This document shows, in pieces, positions 36,580 through 46,623 of a DNA stretch of 64,000 nt. The stretch comes from a virus, in IMG/VR virus record IMGVR_UViG_3300017971_000201, positions 64,001-128,000 of that record; one strand, 5' to 3'. A model generated the notes under the pieces. It saw only the letters and a list, made by a program, of their open reading frames with translations, ran no database searches and was not told where the DNA came from. The stretch's first letter is position 1. Each line of letters starts with the position of its first letter. The translations under genes and the position numbers were made by a program.

Positions 36580-39399
36580 CTAGTGCCGGTGCATCCGCCC
36601 GGCCAGTCGCTCTTGCTCGACCAGCGACGTCCCCAGGAACGCCAAGTCCTGGGATGCTGCGTCGCCGGCGAGAAGTTCTGCTTGTTCGCTCTCCTCGAAC
36701 GCTCGCCGCTCGTCCTCGGTGATGTGCTCGCGGCCGGCGCTCATGGACCTGCGCACGCGCTCCATGGGACCGCCGGGCTCCTGCGCCCGGATCTCCGACC
36801 GAGACGCGGCGGCGTCGATCTCCCTGGTGGAGGTCAGCTCGTCGTTGCGAACGTCCTCCATGATCGACTCACGGTTCGGGTGACCGATCGTCCGGTCGCT
36901 CGCGTATGCCAGGAGCTTGGCCCTGGTGCCGGCCGTGACAGCCCGCTCGAGCATGTCGGCCTGCTCCTCGATCCGCGCCCGCGCGTCCCGGACCTCCTCG
37001 TCCTTGCTCTCGAGAGCGGACGTCAGACGCTCCTCCAGGGCCTCGAACCTCTTGGTGACCTCGGACCGGTAGCGCTTCTCACGCGCCTCTGCCTGGGCGA
37101 GCGCGTACTCGGCCTCGGACGCCCTCTCCTCCGCGAGGCGGATCGCGGTCCCGGCCTCCTCGTTCGCGGCGGTCTTCGCCGACATCTGTGCTTCCTCGAT
37201 CGAGGTCAGCGCTGACTCGACTCTTGTCTTCAGCTCCTCGGCGGTGTTGCACGCAGCGATGTCGCCGATCAGGTCGCGGACGCTCTCTCGATCCTCGCGT
37301 CCGCCGATCATCTGCTCCACGTAGAGCTGGAACGCCAGCTGGCGTGTCTTCTCCTCGACGTGCACGACGCGAGACTCCGCGTCCTTGGCCTTCTGCTCCT
37401 GCTCGTCCGCTGCCCGGGACAGCTCCTCGATCTTGGCATCCTTCTCGTCCAAGACCTTCTTCTCGTCGGGCGACGGGGCGTAGGGGTTGACCATCTCGGC
37501 GATCTTCTTGAGCGCCAGCTTCGCGCCGGCCGTCTCGGGATCGCTCGCGAAGTCGCTGCGGACCTCCTCCTCGACCTTCGTGCGCATCTCGGCCAGCGCG
37601 CGGACGAGCTTGGCCGCGAAGTCCTCGCGCAGCTCGTCGATCGCCTTCTTGTAGATCTCCTCCTTTTGGGACTCGACCTCACCGTTGATCCGGTCGTCGG
37701 TGTCCTCGGCCGCAGTCTCCGAGGCCACCCGCATCGCGTGCTGCTCGATCACGCGAACCGCGTCCGGGAAGTGCTGGCGCAGCATCGTCTCGGTGACCTC
37801 CTTCGGGTCCACCACGAGCTTGCCGGTGGGCTTGCCCTCGCCGTCCGTGTCCTCGGAGATCACGGACGGATAGGCGTCGTGGCAGGCCGGATCGGCCACG
37901 AAGTCCCACGTGTTGAGCTTGAAGTCCTCGCCGACCATGTCCCAGCCCCGGGGGCCGGTGGACGTGGAGCCCATGCCCCGGCTGGACATGCCGATGGCCG
38001 CACCCCGCCGCAGGAACGCGGCGAGGTTGCGACCCGCGTCGGCCTCCTCGACGACCTCGAACTTGCCGTTGATCGTCCCGTCGTCCTCGATCCAGAGACC
38101 GCGAACGATGCAGCCGCCCTCCCGGATCCGGCTGTTGTGGTTGACGGTGAAGTCGCCCAGCAGGAACCGGCCGTCGCCGTCCAGCTCGAATCCGGCGTAG
38201 TCGCCAGTTCCGATGGACGTGACGATGAACCCGGTCCTGAGCGCATCCTTTCGCTGCTCGCGCGGCTCGGCCTTCTTGCGCTCCAGACGGGTCGGGATCT
38301 GCTCCACGTCGCCCCAGATGGTGAGCGTGTGGTAGTCGTCGCTGTAGCCCTGCACCTTGCGCGTGGAGAGCACGGCCTGGAGGCCGAGCGACTTGGCGAT
38401 CCGGTGCGCGGCCTGCGCATAGTCGGCGCGCTTCTGGGTGATGTAGAAGCAGTTGTGCTGGAGATGACCGTCGGTGTCGATCAGCCCAGCAAGGAACTGG
38501 AGACGGGTCTCGCGGCTCCCGCGCACAATCGCGGTCGGGATCTCCACGTTGGTACCCACCATGTCGCGCATCGCGCGCAGCAGCCGGTTGTCTTGGCCGC
38601 GACCGGCGGTCAGGTGGATCGTGACGGCCTCGGTCCCGGTGGTCTTGCGCCACTCGTTCGTGGACAGCTCCCACCGTGCGGCGGTGTCCTCGCAGAGCTG
38701 CTTGATCTCGTCATCGATGGTCGTGATCGAGATGTCACCAATCCTGGGCGCACCGGCCTTGTTCTCGCGCAGGGTCTTGCCACCGTCACCGAACCAGACG
38801 CCGAGGAAGTAGGGATCGACCTTCGGTTCGGGCAGCTCGTCCTCGAACCGCTCGACGCCGGTGCTGAACAGCTTGTAGCGGCTCTTGTAGTAGATGCTCT
38901 TGTCGAGATAGTCCTCGACCGGGATGTCCACGATCTCGCCGCTGGACGTGTGAACCAGCGTCAGTACGTGCTTGTCGTTGCAGACCCACGGATCGCCCTT
39001 CGCCGGGTCGATCCGGTAGAGCTGGCCGGTGCCGGAGGTTGTCGCCAGCACCGTGCGCGCCTTGCCGTCCGGCCCCATGAGTCGGTCGCCAGCGACGATC
39101 TGCTCGACCGGGAGCACGCGACCGTCGGCCATGAGGACCGGAGTCCCCAGGCCGAGGCACTTGCCGTCCCCGGGATGGTCGACCGCGCCGATGACGCTCC
39201 CCTGCTCGATCCGGGGCTGGAGTCTTCCGATCTCCCTCTCCATGACCGAGCGGGGGTAGACGCGGTTGTTGGCCGTCGGCTTGTCCACGTGGCCGATCTT
39301 GCCTTCGACCACGAGCTTGCCACCGTCCCTCCCTTCGAGGATCTGCATCCTCATGGGCGGACCGTAGTGGTCGACCAGCACGCGCCTGTTCGTCGTCAT
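36580..39399 (-). CDS. gp21: Prohead protease (gp21-like) with intein, fused to a coiled-coil scaffold (gp22-like)
   Basis: NNRVYP, G.VDHP, GMSSRG.GS, WDFVADP; about 400-aa acidic coiled-coil C-terminus. Confidence 0.9.
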   Translation of the reverse strand: MTTNRRVLVDHYGPPMRMQILEGRDGGKLVVEGKIGHVDKPTANNRVYPRSVMEREIGRLQPRIEQGSVIGAVDHPGDGKCLGLGTPVLMADGRVLPVEQIVAGDRLMGPDGKARTVLATTSGTGQLYRIDPAKGDPWVCNDKHVLTLVHTSSGEIVDIPVEDYLDKSIYYKSRYKLFSTGVERFEDELPEPKVDPYFLGVWFGDGGKTLRENKAGAPRIGDISITTIDDEIKQLCEDTAARWELSTNEWRKTTGTEAVTIHLTAGRGQDNRLLRAMRDMVGTNVEIPTAIVRGSRETRLQFLAGLIDTDGHLQHNCFYITQKRADYAQAAHRIAKSLGLQAVLSTRKVQGYSDDYHTLTIWGDVEQIPTRLERKKAEPREQRKDALRTGFIVTSIGTGDYAGFELDGDGRFLLGDFTVNHNSRIREGGCIVRGLWIEDDGTINGKFEVVEEADAGRNLAAFLRRGAAIGMSSRGMGSTSTGPRGWDMVGEDFKLNTWDFVADPACHDAYPSVISEDTDGEGKPTGKLVVDPKEVTETMLRQHFPDAVRVIEQHAMRVASETAAEDTDDRINGEVESQKEEIYKKAIDELREDFAAKLVRALAEMRTKVEEEVRSDFASDPETAGAKLALKKIAEMVNPYAPSPDEKKVLDEKDAKIEELSRAADEQEQKAKDAESRVVHVEEKTRQLAFQLYVEQMIGGREDRESVRDLIGDIAACNTAEELKTRVESALTSIEEAQMSAKTAANEEAGTAIRLAEERASEAEYALAQAEAREKRYRSEVTKRFEALEERLTSALESKDEEVRDARARIEEQADMLERAVTAGTRAKLLAYASDRTIGHPNRESIMEDVRNDELTSTREIDAAASRSEIRAQEPGGPMERVRRSMSAGREHITEDERRAFEESEQAELLAGDAASQDLAFLGTSLVEQERLAGRMHRH
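38134..39159 (-). mobile_element. LAGLIDADG intein (342 aa) in the prohead protease
   Basis: CLGLGTPVLMADG, PYFLGVWFGDG, FLAGLIDTDG, ends GDFTVNHN/S. Confidence 0.95.
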
Positions 39400-39466
39400 C
39401 GGTGTCTCCGTAAGGCTGGATGGTTGGGTGAGTAATCTACCGGTTCAGCTGAGTGGGCCGGGTAGC

Positions 39467-40720
39467 CTACTCGATCCCCTTCATCGCCTCCATCGCGTCG
39501 TCCAGGTCTGCCGCGAGCGCCCGCAGGTCGTCGGCCGCGTCGTTGATGTCCGCCTCGCCCTCGGCGATCCGCTGGGCGACGGCCGCCGAGTCCTCGGCGA
39601 TCGACTCGAGGTGCCGGCCCATCGCCACGCGGGGGTCGTCCTCCTTGTCCTCCTCGTCGAGCGTCTCGTCCTCGTTGACCTCCTCAGCGATCCGCTCGTA
39701 GAAGGTCGTGGACGTCTCGTAGATGCTCCTGAGACCGTCGATCAGCTCCTCGGCGGCCGAGTCGTCGCTCTGGACGGCCTCGCGCAGGTCGTTGAGGTTC
39801 TGGACCAGCTCGGAGATCGGGTTGCCCTGGGTCTCCACGTCGGCGGCCATCTTCTTGCCCTTGATCCTGGCCTTGACGTCCATCGCCGTCACGCCCTGCT
39901 GCGCCTTGAGCCGCTTCTTGAGCGCCTTGCGCATCCTGGGGCTCGCCGACCGCATCTTCTTGCGGAACTCGGCCCTGGCCTGGGCGCCGGCCTTGAACTC
40001 GTGGCCGCCGATCATCATCCGACCACGCTTGGCTGCCTTGAAGGTCGACTTCTTCATCTTGCCGCGCTTGAGCAGCCGGCCCTTCTTGCGCCGGGCCTTC
40101 CTGAGCGCTCTCAGCGCACCGGCCCGCTTGGACGCCTCGTCGAGGACCCCGTCGGTGATGCACTCGTACGCCTCGATCACGCCGACCAGGTCGTCGTAGG
40201 ACGGCGCGTCGTCGTCCTCGGTCATCGCCTGGAGGCCGTCGTAGAAGAACCCGAGCACCTCGGCGGCGGCCTCCATCTTGGGGTCGTCGATCTCCTCGTC
40301 CTCGTCCTTCTCCTCCTCGTCCTCGTCCTCGTCCTCGTCCTCTTCCTCGTCCACGCTCGACTCGAGCGCCTCGATGAAGACGTCCACGAACTCGTCGCTC
40401 TCGAGCGCCTCGTCGACCTGGTCCTCGTCCAGCTCGAGCGTCTCCATGAACTCGCCGACCGCCTCGAAGAACTCGTCCTCGTCGATCTCGATCTCCTCGT
40501 CCTCGTCCTCGGCGCGGACGTCGACCTCGGTCCTGGGAGTCTCATCGTCGTACTCCCGACCCTCGGTCTGCTCCTCCTGGCCCTCGTCCTCGTCCTCGTC
40601 CTCGTCGTCACCGCCCTTGGACGACGGGCAAGCATCGGCCTCGGCGAGAAGGTGGCCCATTCCGAGAGCCTGGAGATCCTCCTCGATCGTGGTCTGGGGT
40701 CCGTGGTCTCCCAGCATCAT
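39467..40720 (-). CDS. Highly acidic prohead core protein with a basic central block
   Basis: D/E tracts plus a K/R block; between portal and protease. Confidence 0.65.
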   Translation of the reverse strand: MMLGDHGPQTTIEEDLQALGMGHLLAEADACPSSKGGDDEDEDEDEGQEEQTEGREYDDETPRTEVDVRAEDEDEEIEIDEDEFFEAVGEFMETLELDEDQVDEALESDEFVDVFIEALESSVDEEEDEDEDEDEEEKDEDEEIDDPKMEAAAEVLGFFYDGLQAMTEDDDAPSYDDLVGVIEAYECITDGVLDEASKRAGALRALRKARRKKGRLLKRGKMKKSTFKAAKRGRMMIGGHEFKAGAQARAEFRKKMRSASPRMRKALKKRLKAQQGVTAMDVKARIKGKKMAADVETQGNPISELVQNLNDLREAVQSDDSAAEELIDGLRSIYETSTTFYERIAEEVNEDETLDEEDKEDDPRVAMGRHLESIAEDSAAVAQRIAEGEADINDAADDLRALAADLDDAMEAMKGIE

Positions 40721-40724
40721 GGTC

Positions 40725-41561
40725 CTACTCCTTCGTTTCGTTCGCGTTGTCTTGCTCGGCCAGGCTCGAGAGGAACTTGGCTCCCATCAGAAGGTGGCTC
40801 GCCATACTGGACACGCCCTCGTAGACGCCGGCCAGCTCGGCCTCGTCATCGCGGCTCGCAGCATCGAGCGCCTGGATGGCGTACTTCATGTCCGCCGCGA
40901 TGTCCCGAGCGGCCTCCTCGATCTCCTTCGAGGTACCCTCGGCCTTGGAGAGCAGCTGGATCGACTCGGCCGTGCTCTTGGCGGCCGTGGTCAGCGCTGC
41001 CCGGAGATCATCGACGCTCCCCGGCAGGTCGTGAGCGCGAGGGGCGGGGATCTCGATCTGTGCGTCCTCGCCGACTCCCTCGCGCACGACCTTGTGCCAC
41101 CAGGCGTCCCGCTGGATGGAACGCTTGGACACCTCGGTCGCGACCTGCTCGCCGAGATCGCCTTTGTAGTTGAGCGCATTGGCGATGCCCGCAACCAGCG
41201 GTATCGCCGCGTCGTAGTCGTCCGCCAGGATCATGGAGACAGCCGCCTTGGCCGTTTCCATGACCTCGGCTCCGACGTCCCCCACCTTGTCGGGGATGTC
41301 GAAGACCTCCACCTCGCCCAACTCGATCTTGCCGTCCTCTTCCTCGATCCGCACGCGCATCAGGATGCCGTTCTTCTCGGCGAGCGCGTGGTGAGGATAC
41401 GTCGCGAGGAGCTGAGCCGGTCCGGCTGCCCACTCGGAGCTGGCTAACGCCTCCGCAATACGATCACGTCGGAACTCGAGCGACCCCTCTCGCAGATGGG
41501 AGAGAACATCCTCGGCCTGCCTCACGTTCCGCAGGAGACTGATGATGGCTGCATCCTTCAC
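40725..41561 (-). CDS. Probable prohead core protein
   Basis: 278 aa, acidic and helical; position after the portal. Confidence 0.55.
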   Translation of the reverse strand: MKDAAIISLLRNVRQAEDVLSHLREGSLEFRRDRIAEALASSEWAAGPAQLLATYPHHALAEKNGILMRVRIEEEDGKIELGEVEVFDIPDKVGDVGAEVMETAKAAVSMILADDYDAAIPLVAGIANALNYKGDLGEQVATEVSKRSIQRDAWWHKVVREGVGEDAQIEIPAPRAHDLPGSVDDLRAALTTAAKSTAESIQLLSKAEGTSKEIEEAARDIAADMKYAIQALDAASRDDEAELAGVYEGVSSMASHLLMGAKFLSSLAEQDNANETKE

Positions 41562-41623
41562 GGCGGGATCTCCCTCCCTAACTTTCTACGGTCTACATCT
41601 ATCCTGCGCAACTAGGTTTGCGC

Positions 41624-44600
41624 CTACTGACCGTGGAATCTTCGGGTCATCGCGAGCAGCTCCTTCCGGGAGAACTTCCCGGATGGCGGAGCGGACATGC
41701 TGCCGCCGTTGGTTCGGCGCAGCAGGCCACGGACCTCCTCGAAGAACGCGCGCCGCTCGTGCTCGCGCCTGGCGAAGCCTTTGTCGCCCTCCAACAGACG
41801 ATTGAGCTTGTCCGAGATCTCGGAGTGCCGGCGGCTCGACTCCCTGTACTTCCATTCCTCGAGACGTCGCTCGTAGTCGTAGCGCTTCCACTCCTCTGGC
41901 GTCGGTTTCTTCCCCTTGCCGACCGCCGGGGCCTTGGGCTTGGGCGACGGCTTGGGCGCCGGCTTAGGGGTTCCCTCCTCCTCCTCCGGCGGCGCTTTCT
42001 CTGGCGCCTCCTCCGGCGGAGCCTCCTCCGGCTCTTCCTCCCCGCCCGGCGGCGGGGCCTCTGGCGGCCCGCCCTGGCCGCCGCCCATCGCGTAGCTGGG
42101 CAGATCGCCGGCCTGCTCCTCCTCGGAGTCCTTCTTCTGTTGCTTCTCGATCTCCTTGATCTCCTCCTCGGAGAACTTGAGGATGTTCTCCTGGATCCAG
42201 CGGGTGCTCACCCACGGCTGAATCCGGCTCGCGTAGTCAGCTGCCGCGTTCATGGTCTCGTAGGCCGCCAGCTCCCAGATCCCCGAGGGCACGGTCATCT
42301 CGATCGTGAACTCGGGCTTCCAGGGATCGCGCACGCCGCGAGCGGCCAGGTGCGTGCGAATGACCCTCTCCCAGCCGATCTTCAGCTCGCGCTGGAGATT
42401 CAGGGTCACCCGGGCCGCGCGAACGTCGTCGTTCGACAGAATCGACTTCGACGGCGGGGCCTCGTCCTTGCCCAGGTAGGCGCGCGGGACCTTCAGTGTC
42501 GCGTGGAGCATCTGCTTGAAGTACTCGACATCATCGACGGCCTGGTAGTCCGGGCCGGAGAGGACGTCCACCCTGGCCAGCTCGCGGCCCTCGCGAACGG
42601 CGATGAAGAAGTCCTCGTCACGGGCGAGAGGGTTGTAGCGGAGATCCAGCCGGCCGGATCGGGGGTTGACCATCCGCTTCTTCTTGAGGTCCCGCTTCGC
42701 CTTCTGAAGGAATGCGCCGACCTGGTCGGACGGGATGTCGGTCGTGTCGATGTAGTAGGCGTAACGAGCTGGCGCGCGCGTGTTGTGCACCACGCACCCG
42801 TCCGCGACGAAGTTGTGCTCGTCGGCCTCGACACCGATGTCATAGATGTCATCTGTCTCGATTTCCTCGACGCCGCGAATCACCTCTGTCTTCGCCTGGG
42901 GCTTGAAGGAGACGTCCAAGCAATAGGACGTGCTGGTCGGAAGCGGCTTGCTGGAGCCTTTGATCGTTCGACCGCCCGCTCGCGTACGAGACCAAACGAA
43001 GGTGGCGACCAGCCCGAGTTGCATGGCCAGCTCGCGCACATCCTCCAACAGCTGCTTGTTGCACATCTCGAAGCGAGCGCGCTCGTAGCGCGTCTTCCTT
43101 CCCTCCTTGCGGGGCTTGATGTGTGCGTCCGCGTCGGCAAGCCCTCGGATCATGGCCAGCTTGAGCTTGGGATGCGCTCGGAAGATCCACTCCGGCAGAC
43201 GCTTGTGGTGGGCGCCGGGGACGAACCCGTTGAGCGTCATGAACTCAGCGAACTTGCCGGAAACGATCGTGTAGGCGCCTAGCCGGTGGCCGGTATCGCC
43301 GACCAGCTTGACTGGCGCATATTTCTCGAAGAGAGCCTTGTACTGCTCGTTGATGTCCTGGTGCGCCCCAAGCGCGAACCCGGTCTCGTTCTGAGCAACG
43401 TGAGCCTCAGAGTGACCTGGGCGCAGCTTATGAGTGCGGGTGGCGACGAACCCGTCCCCGAGCATGAACCCCCACCACCGCGCGAAATCCGCGTCGGCGG
43501 TTTCCGGGACCGTGATCCCTGTAACAGGAGTGCCGCGCTCACCGCCCCAGTGCTCCTCGATCTCCAGATGCTCTGGGCCGTGACCGTTGGCTTCCAGCAA
43601 CGCTACGGCAGTATCGGTCTTGAGGTCATAGTCGCCGGCGAAGAAGTCGCGTGCCCGGCAGTGATGCACACCGACCTGCTTCGCAATCTTGGGGTAGGGC
43701 ATGGTCCGCTCGACAGCCCCGACGAGTCGCGCCTTGCTGTGGAGCTGCGGCCTTTCGAGGTAGATCTCCTCCCAGTCGTCTTCGTTCTTGGAAGGGGTGA
43801 CGAACCTGTGCACGCCAGGCTCAAGGTTCTGGACCTCCACGTAGTCCAGCCGGCGGATCTGGGGAATACCCTTGCCCCGGCCGACAACCGTCTCGACCAG
43901 AACAGGGTGCGTCCTGTTGGCGAAGATCTCCCTGTGGTCGCTGAAGACGCGGAAGATCTTGTCCTGGCCGTTGTGCTTCTTGTAGACGACCTTCGTCTTC
44001 TTCAGCCGGTGATCGTTGCCCGGATCGGTGTAGGAGTAGACCTCATCTCCCTCCTGTAGATCCTTGATTGCCTTACGGCCGTCTGGCGTCCAGATCTGAG
44101 AGTCTCCGCGCAAGCAGAGCTTGTAGATCAAGACCGAGTCCTCGAGCATCACCAGCCGCTTCCAGATCCAGCGAGCGCCCTCAGCGACCGAGACGCCGTA
44201 AGGCGACCGCCGCCGCGTCGCGCGCAGGCGGAAGTGGGCAACCTGCCAGTCCTCGAACAGGGCGAGACTCCTGGGGATCTCGACGTTGCCGGCGAGCATC
44301 CGCCGCAGCTCTTGGCTGTTCGCGGTGAACTGGCCGGTGACGTCCTGCACGAAGCCGATCAGACCGCCGTCCAGACGCTCGACCCGGCGCATCGTGGGAA
44401 CCGGGAGCGTATTGGTCCCGACGATCCCGTTCTCGGTAATGAGCAGCTCGAGGTAGTCGTTGCCCATCATCCCGAGGCCGTAAGCCTGTGGCCAGATCTC
44501 GTCCTCGACCCGCAGGATCCGGTGCATCAGGTCATTGCCCAGGCCCTTGAGAGCGTCGTCCTCCGACATGACCCAGATGCAGCGGCCGTCCTTGACCGAA

Positions 44601-44866
44601 GGCTGGGTCGCGTCGTTGGCAAAGTAGTGGAAGGCGCTGTTGATGTCCGGGTACTCCTCCATCGCCTCGTAGTCGGCAAACCGATCCATGAGCGACTGGG
44701 AGACGGTGAGCAGACCGCCGATGTCCTCGCGCCCCCAGACCGTGAACATGCTCGGCACGTGGTGACGCATCGCCGCGACAGACGGAGAGTCGGCCTTGGC
44801 CCGCTCCTCCTGTGGAGCGCCGAATACGTTTCGGAGCGCCTTGACCGCCCTATCACGGAGGGCCAT
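41624..44866 (-). CDS. gp20: Portal protein (gp20-like) with intein
   Basis: YE.M..YP.I, HFRL, PYG.S..E.AR..WK.L..LED..LIY, RAP.R...YID, EDFFI, DV.YF...L...LKVP. Confidence 0.95.
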   Translation of the reverse strand: MALRDRAVKALRNVFGAPQEERAKADSPSVAAMRHHVPSMFTVWGREDIGGLLTVSQSLMDRFADYEAMEEYPDINSAFHYFANDATQPSVKDGRCIWVMSEDDALKGLGNDLMHRILRVEDEIWPQAYGLGMMGNDYLELLITENGIVGTNTLPVPTMRRVERLDGGLIGFVQDVTGQFTANSQELRRMLAGNVEIPRSLALFEDWQVAHFRLRATRRRSPYGVSVAEGARWIWKRLVMLEDSVLIYKLCLRGDSQIWTPDGRKAIKDLQEGDEVYSYTDPGNDHRLKKTKVVYKKHNGQDKIFRVFSDHREIFANRTHPVLVETVVGRGKGIPQIRRLDYVEVQNLEPGVHRFVTPSKNEDDWEEIYLERPQLHSKARLVGAVERTMPYPKIAKQVGVHHCRARDFFAGDYDLKTDTAVALLEANGHGPEHLEIEEHWGGERGTPVTGITVPETADADFARWWGFMLGDGFVATRTHKLRPGHSEAHVAQNETGFALGAHQDINEQYKALFEKYAPVKLVGDTGHRLGAYTIVSGKFAEFMTLNGFVPGAHHKRLPEWIFRAHPKLKLAMIRGLADADAHIKPRKEGRKTRYERARFEMCNKQLLEDVRELAMQLGLVATFVWSRTRAGGRTIKGSSKPLPTSTSYCLDVSFKPQAKTEVIRGVEEIETDDIYDIGVEADEHNFVADGCVVHNTRAPARYAYYIDTTDIPSDQVGAFLQKAKRDLKKKRMVNPRSGRLDLRYNPLARDEDFFIAVREGRELARVDVLSGPDYQAVDDVEYFKQMLHATLKVPRAYLGKDEAPPSKSILSNDDVRAARVTLNLQRELKIGWERVIRTHLAARGVRDPWKPEFTIEMTVPSGIWELAAYETMNAAADYASRIQPWVSTRWIQENILKFSEEEIKEIEKQQKKDSEEEQAGDLPSYAMGGGQGGPPEAPPPGGEEEPEEAPPEEAPEKAPPEEEEGTPKPAPKPSPKPKAPAVGKGKKPTPEEWKRYDYERRLEEWKYRESSRRHSEISDKLNRLLEGDKGFARREHERRAFFEEVRGLLRRTNGGSMSAPPSGKFSRKELLAMTRRFHGQ
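42782..44116 (-). mobile_element. LAGLIDADG-type intein (445 aa) in the portal
   Basis: CLRGDSQIWT.DG, THPVL, GFMLGDG, RGLADADA, YDIGVE..HNFVADGCVVHN/T; removal restores LIYKL-TRAP. Confidence 0.95.
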
Positions 44867-45587
44867 CTAGTTCTCCAGTCTCGTCGCCGACGTCCAGGAA
44901 GATCTCGGTCGCCGAAACGCTCGAGCAGTCTTGCGGCAGGACGTCATATACATCTTCCTCTTCGATCCATGGCTCGCAACCGGCAACCTTGTGATTGCCA
45001 GGCATGATCTGTCGCTGGAGATCGAGAAGTCGATGCAGTTTGCTCCGGTTCCCCTTCCGTGGGGTACCGTCGATGTAGAGGTTGTCCGGGTGGCAGTTGT
45101 CAGGGTTGCCGTCCTTATGCTTCACCCGAAGCCCAGGAACGAGGGCATCGCCGGAGGCCCATTCATACACCATTCTGGCGACGCTCCGCCATCTTTTCCG
45201 GTCGCTCGCGCAAGCCGCGTGCTTCCAGTGATCGGTCACCTGCCTGAAGGTCGGGTAGCCGCCCTGCTTGATACGACCGAGGTAGAGCGGAACCAGGCTC
45301 GTGCACGGCTTGAGATCGGCCGCCCGAACGGTCTCGACTCTCCTCGGCTCCCAGTTGGTGAACACCAGGAAGCGCTGGTCGGCGCTGACCCGCAAGCTGC
45401 GGCCGTTGTCGAGAACGACGCGGTATGTCTGTGCGCGGGTGGGCGTGTGCGGAATGTAGACCCGGCCAGCGGCGATCTTCGCACCGTTCCAGGAGAAGAC
45501 GTAGACGGGCTCGTCGGCGTTAGCGATGCGGACGGCGGTCTGGGGACCGCTCATGGTGTGGATGATCGTGTCGCCGGCGATACTCAC
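44853..45587 (-). CDS. Free-standing Hint domain with degenerate HNH insert, no exteins
   Basis: SIAGDTII.T.SG, YRVVLDNGRSLRVSADQRF, DLKP.TSL.P, H.DGN..N....NL, NHKV, DVYDV; no terminal HN. Confidence 0.75.
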   Translation of the reverse strand: MSIAGDTIIHTMSGPQTAVRIANADEPVYVFSWNGAKIAAGRVYIPHTPTRAQTYRVVLDNGRSLRVSADQRFLVFTNWEPRRVETVRAADLKPCTSLVPLYLGRIKQGGYPTFRQVTDHWKHAACASDRKRWRSVARMVYEWASGDALVPGLRVKHKDGNPDNCHPDNLYIDGTPRKGNRSKLHRLLDLQRQIMPGNHKVAGCEPWIEEEDVYDVLPQDCSSVSATEIFLDVGDETGELDGPP

Positions 45588-46069
45588 TGCGCCTCCTCGT
45601 CTGCCGAGACGACAACTCCCTCGCAAACGAGGTTATGCGCATCGGTGGCGACGTGAAAGACTCGCGCTCTGCCAGCTGGAATGGGGTCGCCCGCAACCAT
45701 CACGTGACCGGTCGAGAAGGCTGTGAGCATGAACTGGTCGGAAACGCCAGTACCGGCGGAGGGGCTGACGATCTTGTCACCTTCCTTCAGGTCACGGGCC
45801 TCGGCGTAGCCGACCGTCGTGAGCACCTTGTACTCCGGCGTGCAGCGGATCTTGCGGAGGTTGGAGAGCAGCACCTCGACGACCTCGACCTCACCGGTCA
45901 GGCGGGGGTGCTGAGCCGCGACCTTGACGATCCGCCTCTTCTTCGTGTCGTAGGCGAGGATCTGCGGCTGCTCTCCCGTTTGCGCGAGCCTCTCGATCGG
46001 GGTCCGCGAGATGATCGAACCGTCGGCCGTGTAGATGAGAACGCCTTCAGCCAGACCCCGCTGATTCAC
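45584..46069 (-). CDS. Free-standing mini-intein-like Hint protein lacking catalytic residues
   Basis: GLAEGVLIYTADG, IRCTPEYKVLT..GY.EARDLKEGD.I, VFHV....HNLV.EGVVVSA. Confidence 0.8.
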   Translation of the reverse strand: MNQRGLAEGVLIYTADGSIISRTPIERLAQTGEQPQILAYDTKKRRIVKVAAQHPRLTGEVEVVEVLLSNLRKIRCTPEYKVLTTVGYAEARDLKEGDKIVSPSAGTGVSDQFMLTAFSTGHVMVAGDPIPAGRARVFHVATDAHNLVCEGVVVSADEEAQ

Positions 46070-46623
46070 TACTTTCCCTTCGCGTGCCTGTACGCTCGCG
46101 CCTCGTCCTTCGTCGGCAGCTTGAAGGACGGCAGCGCAGCCAACTTGACAACGTCGGGGATCGACATCTTGACGATGACATTCGGCTCGCCGCTGTAGCC
46201 TCTGGTACTCTCCACGCTCGCCGACTTGATGCCTGCCGCCTTGAGCTTCTTCTCCAGCAGCCGCTTGTAGCCGCCAGCCTTGATGGTCGTCGCCGACTGC
46301 GTGGTCACACGTGTGTGAACGAGACTCTTGCCGGCCTTCTCCGACCAGGTCTCCCCAGTGTGCCGGCCAAGCAGACCCCTCTTCTCCAGGCGCGCCAGCG
46401 TCTTTTCGACCTGCTTCTTGCCGGCCTCCGCCTTCACGGTCAGCCCTTGCCGGCGCATGGTCTTGATGATCGCAGCCACGGTCTTGCCATAGAACCCGCG
46501 CGGTCCATAGCCGGACGCGCCTTTCGTCGCCCGCGCAGCGTCAAGCACCTGTCGCTCGAACTCGGTGAGGTCTGGCGGATCGTCGTACCCGCCGCCTTCC
46601 ATGATCCGGTCGTAGAGACTCAC
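46069..46623 (-). CDS. Basic protein with a winged-helix-like part, probable internal head protein
   Basis: GTG 46623 overlaps the upstream TGA; starts SLYDRIMEG; LTEFERQVL..TLARLEKRGLL. Confidence 0.55.
   Translation of the reverse strand: MSLYDRIMEGGGYDDPPDLTEFERQVLDAARATKGASGYGPRGFYGKTVAAIIKTMRRQGLTVKAEAGKKQVEKTLARLEKRGLLGRHTGETWSEKAGKSLVHTRVTTQSATTIKAGGYKRLLEKKLKAAGIKSASVESTRGYSGEPNVIVKMSIPDVVKLAALPSFKLPTKDEARAYRHAKGK

Noticed and set aside
40295-40345. Short tandem repeats (tcctcg runs, PE, PTPA, TTL)
   Set aside because: In-frame low-complexity coding linkers, not independent elements
44853-46069. Split-intein halves of a terminase or portal
   Set aside because: Each ORF has both N- and C-terminal Hint blocks, no extein and no catalytic termini
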